Below are positions 24,916 through 37,618 of a DNA stretch of 64,000 nucleotides, piece after piece (within the stretch, counting starts at the first letter, position 1; the number at the start of each line of letters is the position of its first letter). A model generated the notes under the pieces. It did not search any database. It saw nothing but the letters and a program-made list of their open reading frames with translations, and was not told the origin of the DNA. Origin of the DNA: an uncultured beta proteobacterium (GTDB lineage: Bacteria; Pseudomonadota; Gammaproteobacteria; Burkholderiales; Burkholderiaceae_D); NCBI GenBank assembly GCA_963729765.1, contig CAVSPL010000011.1:9102-73101 (forward strand), read 5' to 3'. Position numbers and translations under genes: made by a program.

Positions 24916-25266
24916 ATGCGCAGTGCATTTGAAGCATGGGCCCAGCGTGATGGCCACATCGTTCGCCGCCGTGAAGACAAGCCCGAGGAATACCTCGTCT
25001 ACGAAACCCAGCGCCGCTGGGTCATCTGGCAGGCAGCCCTGGCGCATGGCGCCAAGACCGCCGACGCCGAAGCGCCGTCGAAGTTCGCCGGCGCCGAAGC
25101 TGCCGCCAAGGCGGTCCAGCCCGACGAGGCCGCCGTACGCAACCGCGTGCTCAACGAAGTGCTCGATGCCTTCAGCGACCTCGACGAAGGCGCCGGCATC
25201 GAAGGCCTGGTGAAGGTCATCCAGGGCCTGAAGAAGAAGCAGAAGGCCACGGCCGAGCAGGCCTGA
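24916..25266 (+). CDS. Hypothetical protein, 116 aa, with phage-like FEAW...W..WQAA motif
   Basis: Intact ORF with host-like codon usage, AAGGA SD, TGATG coupling to next gene. Confidence 0.8.
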   Translation: MRSAFEAWAQRDGHIVRRREDKPEEYLVYETQRRWVIWQAALAHGAKTADAEAPSKFAGAEAAAKAVQPDEAAVRNRVLNEVLDAFSDLDEGAGIEGLVKVIQGLKKKQKATAEQA

Positions 25267-25454
25267 TGCAGTACCGCCACTACAAGGGCGGCATGTACGA
25301 GCTGGTCTGCGAGGCCACGCTCGAGTCCGACCTGACGCCGATGATCATCTACCGGGCCCATGACGGGTCGGTGTGGGCGCGGCCGAAGTCGGTCTTCTTC
25401 GAACTCATCGAGGTCGAGGGACTGATGGTGCCGCGCTTCGCGCCGGTGTCCTGA
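25266..25454 (+). CDS. DUF1653 domain protein
   Basis: YRHYKGGMYE...IIYRA...VWARP..F.E signature. Confidence 0.88.
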   Translation: MQYRHYKGGMYELVCEATLESDLTPMIIYRAHDGSVWARPKSVFFELIEVEGLMVPRFAPVS

Positions 25455-25457
25455 TCC

Positions 25458-25503
25458 GTGAAATAATATTTCGTGAAGTGCGCCTGGTGAAATAATATTT
25501 CAT
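25458..25503. repeat. Two tandem copies of palindrome GTGAAATA-A-TATTTC
   Basis: gtgaaataatatttcg at 25458 and gtgaaataatatttca at 25487 (29-bp period). Confidence 0.8.
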
Positions 25504-25515
25504 CGGCCGGCACAC

Positions 25516-25547
25516 AAAAACGGGCCGCTTGCTCAAGCGGCCCGTTT
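25516..25547 (-). terminator. Terminator of pepA (possibly bidirectional)
   Basis: aaaaa-cgggccgcttg-ct-caagcggcccg-ttt. Confidence 0.85.
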
Positions 25548-25565
25548 CCATTTCAGCTTACCGAA

Positions 25566-27063
<1,498 letters not shown>

Positions 27064-27142
27064 TTGATTCTCCGTTTCGTTTTGTGCGCCGAGTGTGCAA
27101 CAGCTGTGCGGCCACTGCTCAACCTGCAATTATAACTATCGA

Positions 27143-28297
27143 ATGATTTTCCAACGCGCCCTGCATCGTGAATTAGCCAGCGCAGCCGGGGCTACCTTCA
27201 CGGTATTGTTCACGGTGTGCGTCACCTGGACCCTGATTGCCATCCTCGGCCGGGCCGCGGGCGGACGGGTCGCATCCGGCGACGTCGTCGCATTGATTGC
27301 GTTTCAATCATTGAATTATCTGCCAACTGTCCTGATCCTCACCAGCTTTATTTCGGTGCTGGTGGCCGTCACGCGCAGCTACCGCGATTCCGAAATGGTG
27401 GTCTGGTTCGCCTCCGGCCAGTCGCTGGTCGCCTGGATCCGTCCGGTGCTCGTGTTCGGCCTGCCGATGGTGCTGCTGGTGGGCGCGCTGTCGCTGGTGG
27501 TGGCGCCGTGGGCCAAGATGAAGAGCGCCGAATTCATCCAGCGTTTCGAAAAACGCGAAGACCTCAAGCGCGTGGCGCCGGGCCAGTTCCGCGAATCCTC
27601 GTCGAGCGACCGCGTGTTCTTTGTCGAAGGCAGCACCAACGGGTCGACCGTGGTCAAGAACGTGTTCGTCAGCACCAACCAGAAGGAGGGCAGCTCGGTC
27701 GTCGTCGCCCGCGAAGGCGTGATCGAGGCGGACGGCAAGGGCGGCCAGTACCTGGTGCTGAAGAACGGACGCCGCTACGAAGGCGTGCCCGGCAAGGCCG
27801 ATTTCCAGTCGATGGAGTTCGAGCGCTACAGCATGCGCGTCGCGACCAAGGTCCCGGTGCTGGGCGACCGACGTGCCGCTCGACGCCCTGCCCATGAGCG
27901 CACTGCTGGCCGTGAAAACCCAGTACACGCGCTCCGAACTGCTGTCGCGCATCTCGGCGCCGATCGTCTGCCTGGTGCTGATCCTGCTCGCCATTCCGCT
28001 CGGCTTCGTCAATCCGCGCGCCGGCAGTTCGGCCAACCTGATCCTGGCCCTGCTGATCTTCTTCACCTATAACAACCTGGTCAAGATGGTCGAGGCCAGC
28101 GTCAAGCAGGCGAAGATCGACTTTGCGATGGGCTGGTGGCCGCTGCACCTGTTCGTCGCTGATCATCGTCGTCGCGCCTGTTCCTGTGGCGCCTGAACGT
28201 GAACCACCGTTACCATCCGCTGGTCCTGATCAATGCCTGGAAGCGCCGGCGCCTGTTGAAACACGCGCCTGCGCTGCCGCAGGTGGAGTCCCGATGA
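27143..28297 (+). CDS. lptF: LPS export ABC transporter permease LptF (frameshifted)
   Basis: RSYRDSEMVVWFASG, PGQFRE, LVLKNGRRYEG, VNPRAG; pepA-lptFG synteny. Confidence 0.95.
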
Positions 28298-29489
28298 AAG
28301 TCTTGCAGCGTTATTTTGCGATCAACATCACGCAGGCGGTGGTGTTCGTGCTGGTCGCCTTCCTCGGCCTGATCTCCTTCATGGACCTGACCACCGAGCT
28401 GCCGTCGGTCGGCAAGGGCAACTACATGTTCCAGCACGCGCTGCTGTACGTGGCGCTGCTGCTGCCCGGGCACGTGTACGAACTGATGCCGATCGCGGCG
28501 CTGATCGGCACCATCTACGCGATGGCGCAGTTTGCGCAAAGCTCGGAATTCACGATCATGCGCGCCTCCTCGATGTCGACGCGGATGGCCGGCTGGATGC
28601 TGTTCAAGATCGGCATCGTGTTCGTCATCGTCACCTTCATCTTCGGCGAACTGATCACGCCGCGCACGGCGCCGCTGGCGGAAAAAGTGCGCCTCTCGGC
28701 CAAGGGCGCCACGCTCGCCTCGGAGTTCCGCTCCGGGATGTGGACCAAGGATAACGTGCATGCCGAAGGGGCGAACGGCATCCGCGGCGCCGGTGGTCGG
28801 CTCGCGCTTCTTCAACGCGCGCCAGATCCGCCCGGACGGCCAGCTGCTGGACGTGCGCCTCTACGAATTCGACAACGCGATGCGCATGCGCGCGATCATC
28901 ACGGCCGCCAGCGCGACCTTCAGCGGCAACGGCATCTGGCGCCTGTCGGACGTCACCGAAACCCTGTTCGCCAACAGCCGCACGCTGCCTTTGCCGGGCG
29001 CGCCGGTGCCGCAGGGCCAGTCGCTCCAGAGCACCTATGGCCAGGACACCAGCACGCGTGGCCACGCGCAAGCTGGCCACCAAGGACCTGGTCTCGGAAA
29101 TCACGCCGAAGATCCTGCAGGTCTCGCGCCGCGATCCGGAGCGCATGTCGGCCAACGAACTGGCGGTGTATTCGCGCCACCTGGCCGAAAACCGCCAGGA
29201 GAGCGAGCGCTTCCAGATCGCGTTCTGGAAGAAGATCATCGACCCGCTCGCGATCTTCGTCCTGATGGCGCTGGCCTTGCCCTTCGCTTACCTGCACACG
29301 CGCAGCGGCGGCGTCAGCCTGAAAATCTTCATCGGCATCATGATCGGGGTCGGCTTCATCCTGATCAATGCGCTGTTCTCGCACCTGGGGCTGCTGTCGA
29401 CCTGGCCGGCCTTCCTCACGGCGGTGGCGCCGAGCATGCTGTTCCTGTTATTGGCGATCGGCGCCTTGCGCTGGGTGGAGAGACATTGA
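28294..29489 (+). CDS. lptG: LPS export ABC transporter permease LptG (frameshifted)
   Basis: MKVLQRYFA, YELMPIAALIG, SEFTIMRASS, PERMS, FWKKI, RSGGVSLKIFIGIMIG. Confidence 0.95.
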
Positions 29490-29858
29490 TGAACGACTGC
29501 CCTGGTCCTGTTTGCCCACGGCGCGCGCGCCGCATCCTGGGCGGCGCCGTTCGAGCGCCTGCGCGATGCCAGCGCCGCGCGCCTGCCCGATTGCGTGGTG
29601 CGCCTGGCCTTCCTGGAGTTGATGGAGCCGAAGTTGCCGGAGACGGTGGCGCAGCTCGTGGCCGATGGTGTCGACGAGGTCACGATCGTGCCGGTGTTCT
29701 TGGGGCAGGGCGGGCATTTGCTGCGCGATTTGCCGCTGCTGGCCGACGGATTGCGCGCGGCGCATCCGGGCTTGAAGCTGACGGTTGCCGGCGCCGTGGG
29801 TGAAGACCCCGGTGTGCTGGCCGCCATGACGGACTATTGTGTCCGCTCGGTTTCGTAG
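29489..29858 (+). CDS. Sirohydrochlorin chelatase (CbiX/SirB family, small form)
   Basis: LVLFAHGAR...W..PF, LAFLELMEP, VPVFLGQGGHLLRDLP; coupled to lptG by TGATG. Confidence 0.9.
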
Positions 29859-29922
29859 GGTGGACGGAGTCCACGCCGTAAAGCCCGATGATGCGGCTCA
29901 CGCGTGGACGATCCACCCTACG
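29854..29922. repeat. Inverted REP doublet (REPIN-like)
   Basis: GTAGGGTGGAC-gga-GTCCACGC ... GCGTGGAC-ga-TCCACCCTAC. Confidence 0.75.
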
Positions 29923-29933
29923 ATCGCGTCCAA

Positions 29934-30777
29934 TCAATCCAGATCCGACGCGTCGTGCCGCTCCGGCACCTGCTCGTCCGGATTGCCGCGCACCTTGTTG
30001 ACCCTGCGCCCGCGCTGCACCGCCGGACGCGCCGCGATCTCGTCGGCCCAGCGCCGCACGTTCTTGTACTCGTGCACCGACAGGAACTCGCCCGCCTCGT
30101 ACAACTCGCCCTGCACCAGCGCGCCATACCAGGGCCAGATCGCCATGTCGGCAATCGTGTACTCGTCGCCGGCGATGTAGCGCTTGTCGGCCAGCTGGCG
30201 CTCCAGCACGTCGAGCTGGCGCTTGACTTCCATCGCGTAGCGGTCGATCGGGTATTCCAGCTTTTCCGGCGCATAGGCATAGAAATGGCCGAAGCCGCCG
30301 CCCAGCAACGGCCCGGAACCCATCTGCCAGAACAGCCAGTTCAAGGCTTCGGTGCGGGCCGGCACGGCCGCAGGGCAGGAAGGCGCCGAACTTCTCCGCC
30401 AGATACAGCAGGATCGAGCCCGACTCGAACACGCGCACCGGGTCGGCGCCGCTGCGGTCCATCAGCGCCGGAATCTTCGAATTCGGGTTGACCTCGACGA
30501 AGCCGCTGGAGAACTGCGCGCCTTCGTTGATGCGGACCAGCCAGGCATCGTATTCGGCGCCCGCGTGGCCCGCCGCCAGCAGCTCTTCGAGCATGATCGT
30601 GACCTTCTGGCCGTTCGGCGTGGCCAGCGAATACAGCTGCAGCGGGTGCTTGCCGACCGGTAGCTCGGCCTCGTGGGTGGGGCCGGCAACCGGCCGGTTG
30701 ATGTTGGCGAACATGCCGCCGTTGGATGCCGGCGGCGTCCAGACCTTCGCCGGCACGTAGTTCGATTGTTCACTCAT
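29934..30777 (-). CDS. yghU: Glutathione-dependent disulfide oxidoreductase YghU (GST Nu class; frameshift near 30370)
   Basis: YVPAKVW, FANINRPVAG, LPVGKHPLQLYSLATPNGQK, NPNSKIPAL, ERHDASD. Confidence 0.95.
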
Positions 30778-31009
30778 CGATGTCTCCTCGTTCGTTGTTC
30801 CTGAACGAAGAAGCTTACCCGGTTCCGCGCATTTGCGTCGGCGGCGGGCCGTTTTCCGTTAATGACCCGGCAATTTTCACGCCCAACTGGCAAAGCCTTG
30901 TTCCCCGTCATGGCTCGGTGCCGCTACCCGGTTTGACAGCCCCTGAGAATCCGCTGACACTGCTCGGGCGTTTCCGGCCGCCTCCCTCGAATCCGACCAA
31001 CAGCGCTCC

Positions 31010-31416
31010 ATGCTCCCACCCTTCCTGAAACAGACGATCGCAAGAATCTCGGCTGCCCGGCGGCTGGTTTGCCCAGACGCGCTGCGCCCGCCATATCGAC
31101 GCCACCGCGCAGCGCGTGGCGGCGATGGGCGTCAAGATCGCGCGCCTGTCGGACCGCCTGCATGCGCGCAACGTTCCCGGCCTGGTCGACGCCGACCGCA
31201 GCCTGCGGCGCATGCTGGACGAGCTGAAGGAAGAATTGACGGTCATGCGCCGCGACCTGGCGCGCTGGCACAATCGCGAATGCAGGGGGCGCGCCGGCAA
31301 GCGGCTGGAAGCGGCGATCGCGCGCCTGAACCGGGTCAATGTCGACACCTGCGCGGCGGCCGATGCCCTGCTGCTGCAAATCGAGGAATACGACGCGCGC
31401 GCTGTTATCCGGCTAG
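31010..31416 (+). CDS. Hypothetical helical/coiled-coil protein (stitched; ends approximate)
   Basis: GC3-biased frame AMGVKIARLSDRL...LDELKEELTVMRRDL...LQIEEYD. Confidence 0.55.
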
Positions 31417-32189
31417 GAGCGTTGCCGCAGCTTGGACGGCGCGCAGTTGCGGCTGGTGTTCGCGCAGGCGCAGCGCTTCGCCGATCATCACCAGCACCGG
31501 CCCGTGCGCCGCGTGCAGGCCATGCGCCAGGTCCGCCAGCTGCAGGCGTTCGATGCGTTCGATCCGGCCGGCTGCAGTTTTCCACCACCACCACCGGCGT
31601 ATCGGGACGCCGTCCGTGCGCCAGCAGGCGTTCGGCGGTGGCGGCGGCTTCGCGCCCGCCCATGTACTGGACCAGGGTGTCGGTGTGGGGCAGGGCGGCG
31701 TGGTCCGGCTGGTCGGGCCCCGTGCTGGAGGTGAAGAAGGCGACGCTGCGCGCGACGCCGCGTTTGGTCAGCGGCTGCTTGGTGGCGGCCGCGGCGGCCA
31801 CCGCCGTGGTAATGCCGGGGACGATGTCGACCTCGATGCCCTCGGCTTCGAGCGCGCGCAATTCTTCGTCGGCACGCCCGAACAGCATCGGGTCGCCGCC
31901 TTTCAGGCGCACGATGGTCTTGAACTTGAAGGCGCAGTCGACCAGCAACTGCGTTGATCGCCTCCTGCGCCGTGGAGCGCTGGCCCGAGCGCTTGCCGAC
32001 CGAAATCAGCTCGGCTTGCGGGCACAGCGCCAGCATCTCCGGCGTGACCAGCGCGTCGTAGAGCACGACATCGGCTTGCGCCAGCAGGCGCGCGCCGCGC
32101 ACGGTGATCAGGTCGGCGGCGCCAGGGCCGGCGCCGACCAGATAGACCTTGCCAGCGCGCGCTGGCTCATCGTTTTCCAGCAAGGCCAT
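31405..32189 (-). CDS. cobA: Uroporphyrinogen-III C-methyltransferase (CobA/CysG-A; frameshifted)
   Basis: [50 protein letters not shown]. Confidence 0.93.
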
Positions 32190-32209
32190 GCGCCGCTCCT
32201 GTCGTTTGA

Positions 32210-33518
32210 TTACTCGCCCAAGCGAATCATACCCGCGGCAACAGTCTGGTGCGTGACTTCGTCGATCAGGATGAAGGCGCCGGTGGCGCGGATGTCGGCA
32301 TAGGCGTCGGCGGCGAGCGGCTGCTGCACGGTGAGGCCGATGCGCGCGATGTCGTTCAGCTTCAGGCCTTCGGCAGGATGGCGTTGCTGGGTATTGATGT
32401 CCAGCAGCGTGTCCACCTTGGTGATCTTGGCCGCCGTCTGGCGCGTGCCGTGCTTGATCCAGTACTTGCGGCGCAGGTCGAGCGGCTCGTCCGACATCCA
32501 GCACACGTCCGCCACCACCTGCTTGAGCAGGGTCGCCGGGGCGCTCGCGCCGGCCAGCGTATCGCCGCGCGAAATGTCCAGGTACTCTTCCAGCAGCAGC
32601 GTGACCGATGCGCCGGCCGCGGCGGTGTCGAGCGAACCGTCGAAGGTCAGGATTTCCTTGACCGTCGCGCTCTGGCCCGGAAGGCTGCACCACCAGCTTG
32701 TCGCCGACGGCGACGCTGCCCGATTCGATGCGGCCCATGTAGCCGCGGAAGTCGTTCGCTTCGTGGCCGTTGTGGCGGGCGACCAGCTGCACCGGGAAGC
32801 GGAAGGGCGCATCGTGCGCTTCGTCGTAGACCGTGATGTTTTCCAGCAGCTCGATCAGGGTCGGGCCCGTGTACCAGTCCATCTTCTCCGAGCGGTCGAC
32901 GACGTTGTCGCCGGCCAGCGCCGACAGCGGAATCGCGGTCACGTCCTTCAGGCCGAGCGAATCGGCGAATGCGCGGTAGGCGGTGACGATGCGGTCGTAG
33001 ATCGCCTGGTCGTAGCCGATCAGGTCCATCTTGTTGACGGCCACGATCACGTGCTCGATCTGCAGCAGGTGGGCCAGCGTCGAATGGCGCTTGGTCTGAA
33101 TGAGCAGGTCGACGCCGCCGTCTTCGCGCAGCTTGACTTTCGAGACGTCGACCAGGATGATCACGGCGTCGGCGGTCGAGGCGCCGGTGACCATGTTGCG
33201 GGTGTACTGCTCGTGGCCCGGGGTGTCGGCGATGATGAACTTGCGCTTCGGGGTCGCGAAATAACGGTAGGCCACGTCGATCGTGATGCCTTGTTCGCGC
33301 TCGGCTTCCAGGCCGTCGGTCAGCAGCGACAGGTCGATGGTGTCGCCCACGGTGCGCTTGTGCTTCGAGCGCGACACGGCGGCCAGCTGGTCGGCGAAGA
33401 TGCCCTTGCTGTCGAACAGCAGGCGGCCGATCAGGGTGCTCTTGCCGTCGTCCACCGAGCCGGCCGTGATGAAGCGCAGCAGGCTGTGCTGGGTCAGTTT
33501 GTCATTCAGGGCGTTCAT
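32210..33518 (-). CDS. cysN: Sulfate adenylyltransferase GTPase subunit CysN
   Basis: [57 protein letters not shown]. Confidence 0.96.
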
Positions 33519-34457
33519 CAGAAATATCCTTGCTTCTTGCGTTTTTCCATCGAGGCTTCGGAGGTCTGGTCGTCCATCCGGGTCGCGCCGCGTTCGGTCA
33601 CCTGCGGTCACGGCCGTCTCGGCGATGATCGACTCCACGGTCGCGGCATCGGACGACACCGGGCAGGTGCAGCTGATGTCGCCCACGGTACGGAAGCGCA
33701 CGGTTTGCGTCTCGACCGTTTCGCCTTCTTTCGCCGGGGTCAGCGGGGTCAGCGGCACCAGCAGGCCATTGCGCGGAATCACCTGGCGCTCGTGCGCAAA
33801 ATAAATCGTCGGCAGTTCCAGCTTTTCGCGCGCGATGTATTGCCACACGTCGAGTTCGGTCCAGTTCGAGATCGGGAACACGCGCATGTTTTCGCCCGGG
33901 TGGACGCGGGTGTTATACAGGTCCCACAGTTCCGGGCGCTGGGCTTTCGGGTCCCACTGGCCGAATTCGTCGCGGAAGGAAAAGATGCGTTCCTTGGCGC
34001 GCGCTTTTTCCTCGTCGCGGCGGGCGCCGCCGATGCAGGCGTCGAAGCCGTGTTCGGCGATCGTTTCCAGCAGCGTCACGGCTTGGGCCGCGTTGCGCGA
34101 GTCGGTGGCCGGGTTACGCAAGCGCACCGTGCCCTTCCTGATCGAATCCTCGACCGAGCCGACGATCAGGCGCTCGCCGAGTTCGGCCACGCGCTTGTCG
34201 CGGAAGGCGATCACTTCGTCGAAATTGTGGCCGGTATCGATGTGCACCAGCGGGAAGGGGAATTTGCCCGGGCGGAAAGCCTTTTCGGCCAGGCGCAGCA
34301 GCACGACCGAGTCCTTGCCGCCGGAGAAGAGCAGGGCGGGATTGCTGCATTCGGCCGCCACTTCGCGCAGGATGTGGATCGCTTCCGATTCGAGGGCGTC
34401 GAGGTGGCGCGCGTTGACGGTGGCCAGGATGCCGGCGTTGTCAGAGAGGTTGGTCAT
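33518..34457 (-). CDS. cysD: Sulfate adenylyltransferase subunit CysD
   Basis: [41 protein letters not shown]. Confidence 0.96.
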
Positions 34458-34483
34458 GAATTGCCTTGTATTCTTGTTGTGGC

Positions 34484-35201
34484 TCAAGCGGCCACGGATT
34501 TAATGCGAATGAGCTTGCCGTCGACCACGTGCAGGCCGCATTCCTTCGACTCCGGGTTTTCCCACCACCAGCGTCCGGCGCGCACGTCCTCGCCCGGCTG
34601 GATCGCGCGGGTGCAGGGTTCGCAGCCGATCGACGGATAACCGCGGTCGTGCAGCGCGTTGTACGGCACATTGTTGGCGCGGATGTATTCCCAGACCTCG
34701 GCCTCGCTCCAGTCCGCCAGCGGATTGAACTTGGCCATGCCGTGCGCCGCATCGTCTTCCTGCACGTTCAGCTCGGCGCGCGTGCTCGACTGCGCGCGGC
34801 GCTGGCCCGTGATCCAGGCCTTCTTGCCGGCCAGGGCGTGCGCCGAGCGGCTCGACCTTGCGGATGCGGCAGCATTCCTTGCGCATCTCGACGCTGTCGT
34901 AGAAGGCGTTCAGGCCGTTCTGCGTGACATAGCGGTCGACCGCCAGCGGGTCGGGACGGAACAGGGCGATCTCATAGCCGTAGGTCGCCTTCACCGCGTC
35001 CAGCACGGCCAGGGTTTCCTTCGGCAGGCGACCGGTCTCCAGCGAGAAGATGCCGATCGGCAGCTTCGCGCGCAGGATCAGGTCGGTCAGCACCATGTCT
35101 TCGGCCGCCAGGCTGGAGGCGAACACGGCCGGCGTGAAGTCGGCGGCGATGCGTGCCAGGATGGCTTGCGTGTCGGCGACGCGGGTAGCGAGATCGCTCA
35201 T
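34484..35201 (-). CDS. cysH: APS/PAPS reductase CysH (Fe-S APS-reductase type)
   Basis: [35 protein letters not shown]. Confidence 0.95.
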
Positions 35202-35210
35202 GTTCGATCC

Positions 35211-35768
35211 TCAGATCCCGGCGCCGACGTCGGAGTGTTCCAGCGGCACGTCGCGTTCCTTGCGGCGGAACAGCGGCAGCGGCTGGTCGACCGAGGCCTG
35301 GTAAGTCTCGGAAAACACGGTGAGACCCTTCAGGGCGTCATGGATCGAGCGGTCCTGGCGCGTGGCATAGGCATTGAAGCCGACGCGCGACATCGAGAAC
35401 AATTGATCGCGCAGCACGTCGCCGATGGCGCGCAGCTCGCCCGTATAGCCCAGGCGCTTGCGCACGTTGTAGGCGATCGAATAGCCGCGGCCATCGGAAA
35501 ATTTCGGGAAGTCCACCGCGATCACGGCAAAGCGGTCGGACTCGCCCTTGAGGGCTTCGAAGCGCTCGTCGGCGGCGATCCAGACGCCCAGTTCGGCGCG
35601 TGCCGCCAGGCTGTCCTTTTGCGCCAGCCAGACGGTCAAGGGCACGATGACCTTGCCTTCGGGGACGATGACGGACTCGGGCGCATCGCCCTCCGCCAGG
35701 CGCAGCACGCTCCAGTCATCAGGAACGACTTCGCGGCCACGGATGATTTCTTTATGTGCTTCAAGCAT
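35211..35768 (-). CDS. DUF934 protein (sulfite reductase partner)
   Basis: IAVDFPKFSDGRGYSIA, ELRAIGDVLRDQL. Confidence 0.92.
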   Translation of the reverse strand: MLEAHKEIIRGREVVPDDWSVLRLAEGDAPESVIVPEGKVIVPLTVWLAQKDSLAARAELGVWIAADERFEALKGESDRFAVIAVDFPKFSDGRGYSIAYNVRKRLGYTGELRAIGDVLRDQLFSMSRVGFNAYATRQDRSIHDALKGLTVFSETYQASVDQPLPLFRRKERDVPLEHSDVGAGI

Positions 35769-37449
35769 GGTCTTCTCCCACCGGCGCGCCCTTGGAAATC
35801 GGCGTGGCGTACACGTGTTCCTTGAATGGCGCGATGCCCAGGCGCTGCGCCGTGTCGACGAAGCGCTCGCCTTCGAAGCGGTTCTGCACATACACGTGCA
35901 GCAGGCGCGCCGACCACTTCCGGCATCTGGCCGCCCGCGAACGACGGGCCGATGATCTTGCCGATCGCCGAGTCGTTGCCCTGCGCGCCGCCGATCGAGA
36001 CCTGGTACCACTCGCTGCCGTCCTTGTCGACGCCCAGCACGCCGATCGAACCGACGTGGTGGTGGCCGCAGGCATTGATGCAGCCCGAGATGTTCAGTTC
36101 GATGTCGCCGATGTCGTGCTGGAAGTCGAGGTTGTCGAAACGCTCGGCAATGGCCGCCGCGATCGGGATCGACTTCGCATTCGCCAGCGAGCAGAAATCG
36201 CCGCCCGGGCAGGAAATGATGTCGGTGAGCAGGCCGATGTTCGGCGTGGCCAGACCTTTCGACTTGGCCAGGCTCCAGACCTCGAACAGGTCGGACTGCT
36301 TCACATCCGCCAGCACCAGGTTCTGCTCGTGGGTCACGCGCAGTTCGCCGAAGCTGAACTTGTCGGCGAGATCGGCCACGAAGTCGATCTGCTCGGCGGT
36401 CGCGTCGCCCGGCGGCACGCCGGTTTTCTTCAGCGACAGCACGACCGATGCATAGCCCGGCACCTTGTGCGGCTTGACGTTACGGTTGAGCCAGTTGGCG
36501 AAGGGCTTGCTGTCCGCATGCGCGGCCAGCGGGTCGATGTTCTGCGAGCGTGGCATAGGCCGGCGCCTCGAAATAGGCGGCCACGCGGTCGTACTCTTCG
36601 CGGCGTCAATGTTTCCGGGCCATCCTTCAGGTCTTGCCACTCTTCCTCGACCAGGCGCGCGAATTCCTCGACGCCCAGGGCCTTGAGCAGGATCTTGATG
36701 CGGGCCTTGTACTTGTTGTCGCGGCGGCCGTACGAGTTGTACACGCGCATCACGGCTTCGGTATAGGTGAGCAGGTGCTGCCACGGCAGGAAGTCGCGGA
36801 TCACGCTGCCGATGATCGGCGTACGGCCCATGCCGCCGCCGGCCATGAACTTGAAGCCCGCTTCGCCGGCCTCGTTGTGGGTGAGCGTCAGGCCGATGTC
36901 GTGGATCGCGATCGCGGCGCGGTCTTCCACGGCGCCGTTGATGGCGACCTTGAATTTACGGGGCAGGGCGATGAATTCCGGGTGGAAAGTGCTCCACTGG
37001 CGAAGGATTTCGGCGAAGGGGCGCGGATCCATGATCTCGTCCGCGGCGACGCCGGCGAACTCGTCGGTCGTAATATTGCGGATGCAATTGCCCGAGGTCT
37101 GGATGGCGTGCATTTCCACCGAAGCCAGGTCGGCCAGGATGTCCGGCGTCTGCTCGAGCTCGATCCAGTTGAACTGGATGTTCTGGCGCGTCGTGAAGTG
37201 GCCATAGCCGCGGTCGTACTTGCGCGCGATATGGGCGAACATGCGCATCTGGGCGGTCGACAACAAGCCGTACGGCACGGCGATGCGCAGCATGTAGGCG
37301 TGGCGCTGCATGTACAGGCCGTTTTGCAGGCGCAGCGGCAGGAACTCTTCTTCCGTCAACTCGTCGTTCAGGCGGCGCGCAACCTGGTCGCGGTACTGCG
37401 CAATGCGTTCGCGGACGATGAGGTGGTCGTATTGGTCGTAACGGTACAT
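35761..37449 (-). CDS. cysI: Sulfite reductase hemoprotein CysI (frameshifted)
   Basis: MYRYDQYD, LRLQNGLY, HFTTRQNIQ, SCPGGDFC, ISGCINACGHHH siroheme/Fe-S motifs. Confidence 0.95.
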
Positions 37450-37543
37450 AGGTATTCCTGGGGTAGGCGGGCTGTGCAGGCCCGTTAAGCTAGCTCCGAA
37501 TGGTAAGCCATGGGAGCTTTATTCCAAACGACTGACAATTTAT

Positions 37544-37572
37544 TTGCTTATATACGGTAGGGGCATAAGCAA
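37544..37572. promoter_or_regulatory. Inverted repeat in cysI/cysB divergent promoter, candidate CysB site
   Basis: TTGCTTAT-N13-ATAAGCAA. Confidence 0.55.
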
Positions 37573-37618
37573 TCGCATAAAATAGCGGCTACGCATATTC
37601 ACAACTAAAACAACAGGC

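Noticed and set aside
31488-34487. Apparent 999-aa CysD-CysN-CobA fusion ORF
   Set aside because: Product of indels joining frames; each gene has its own start and stop
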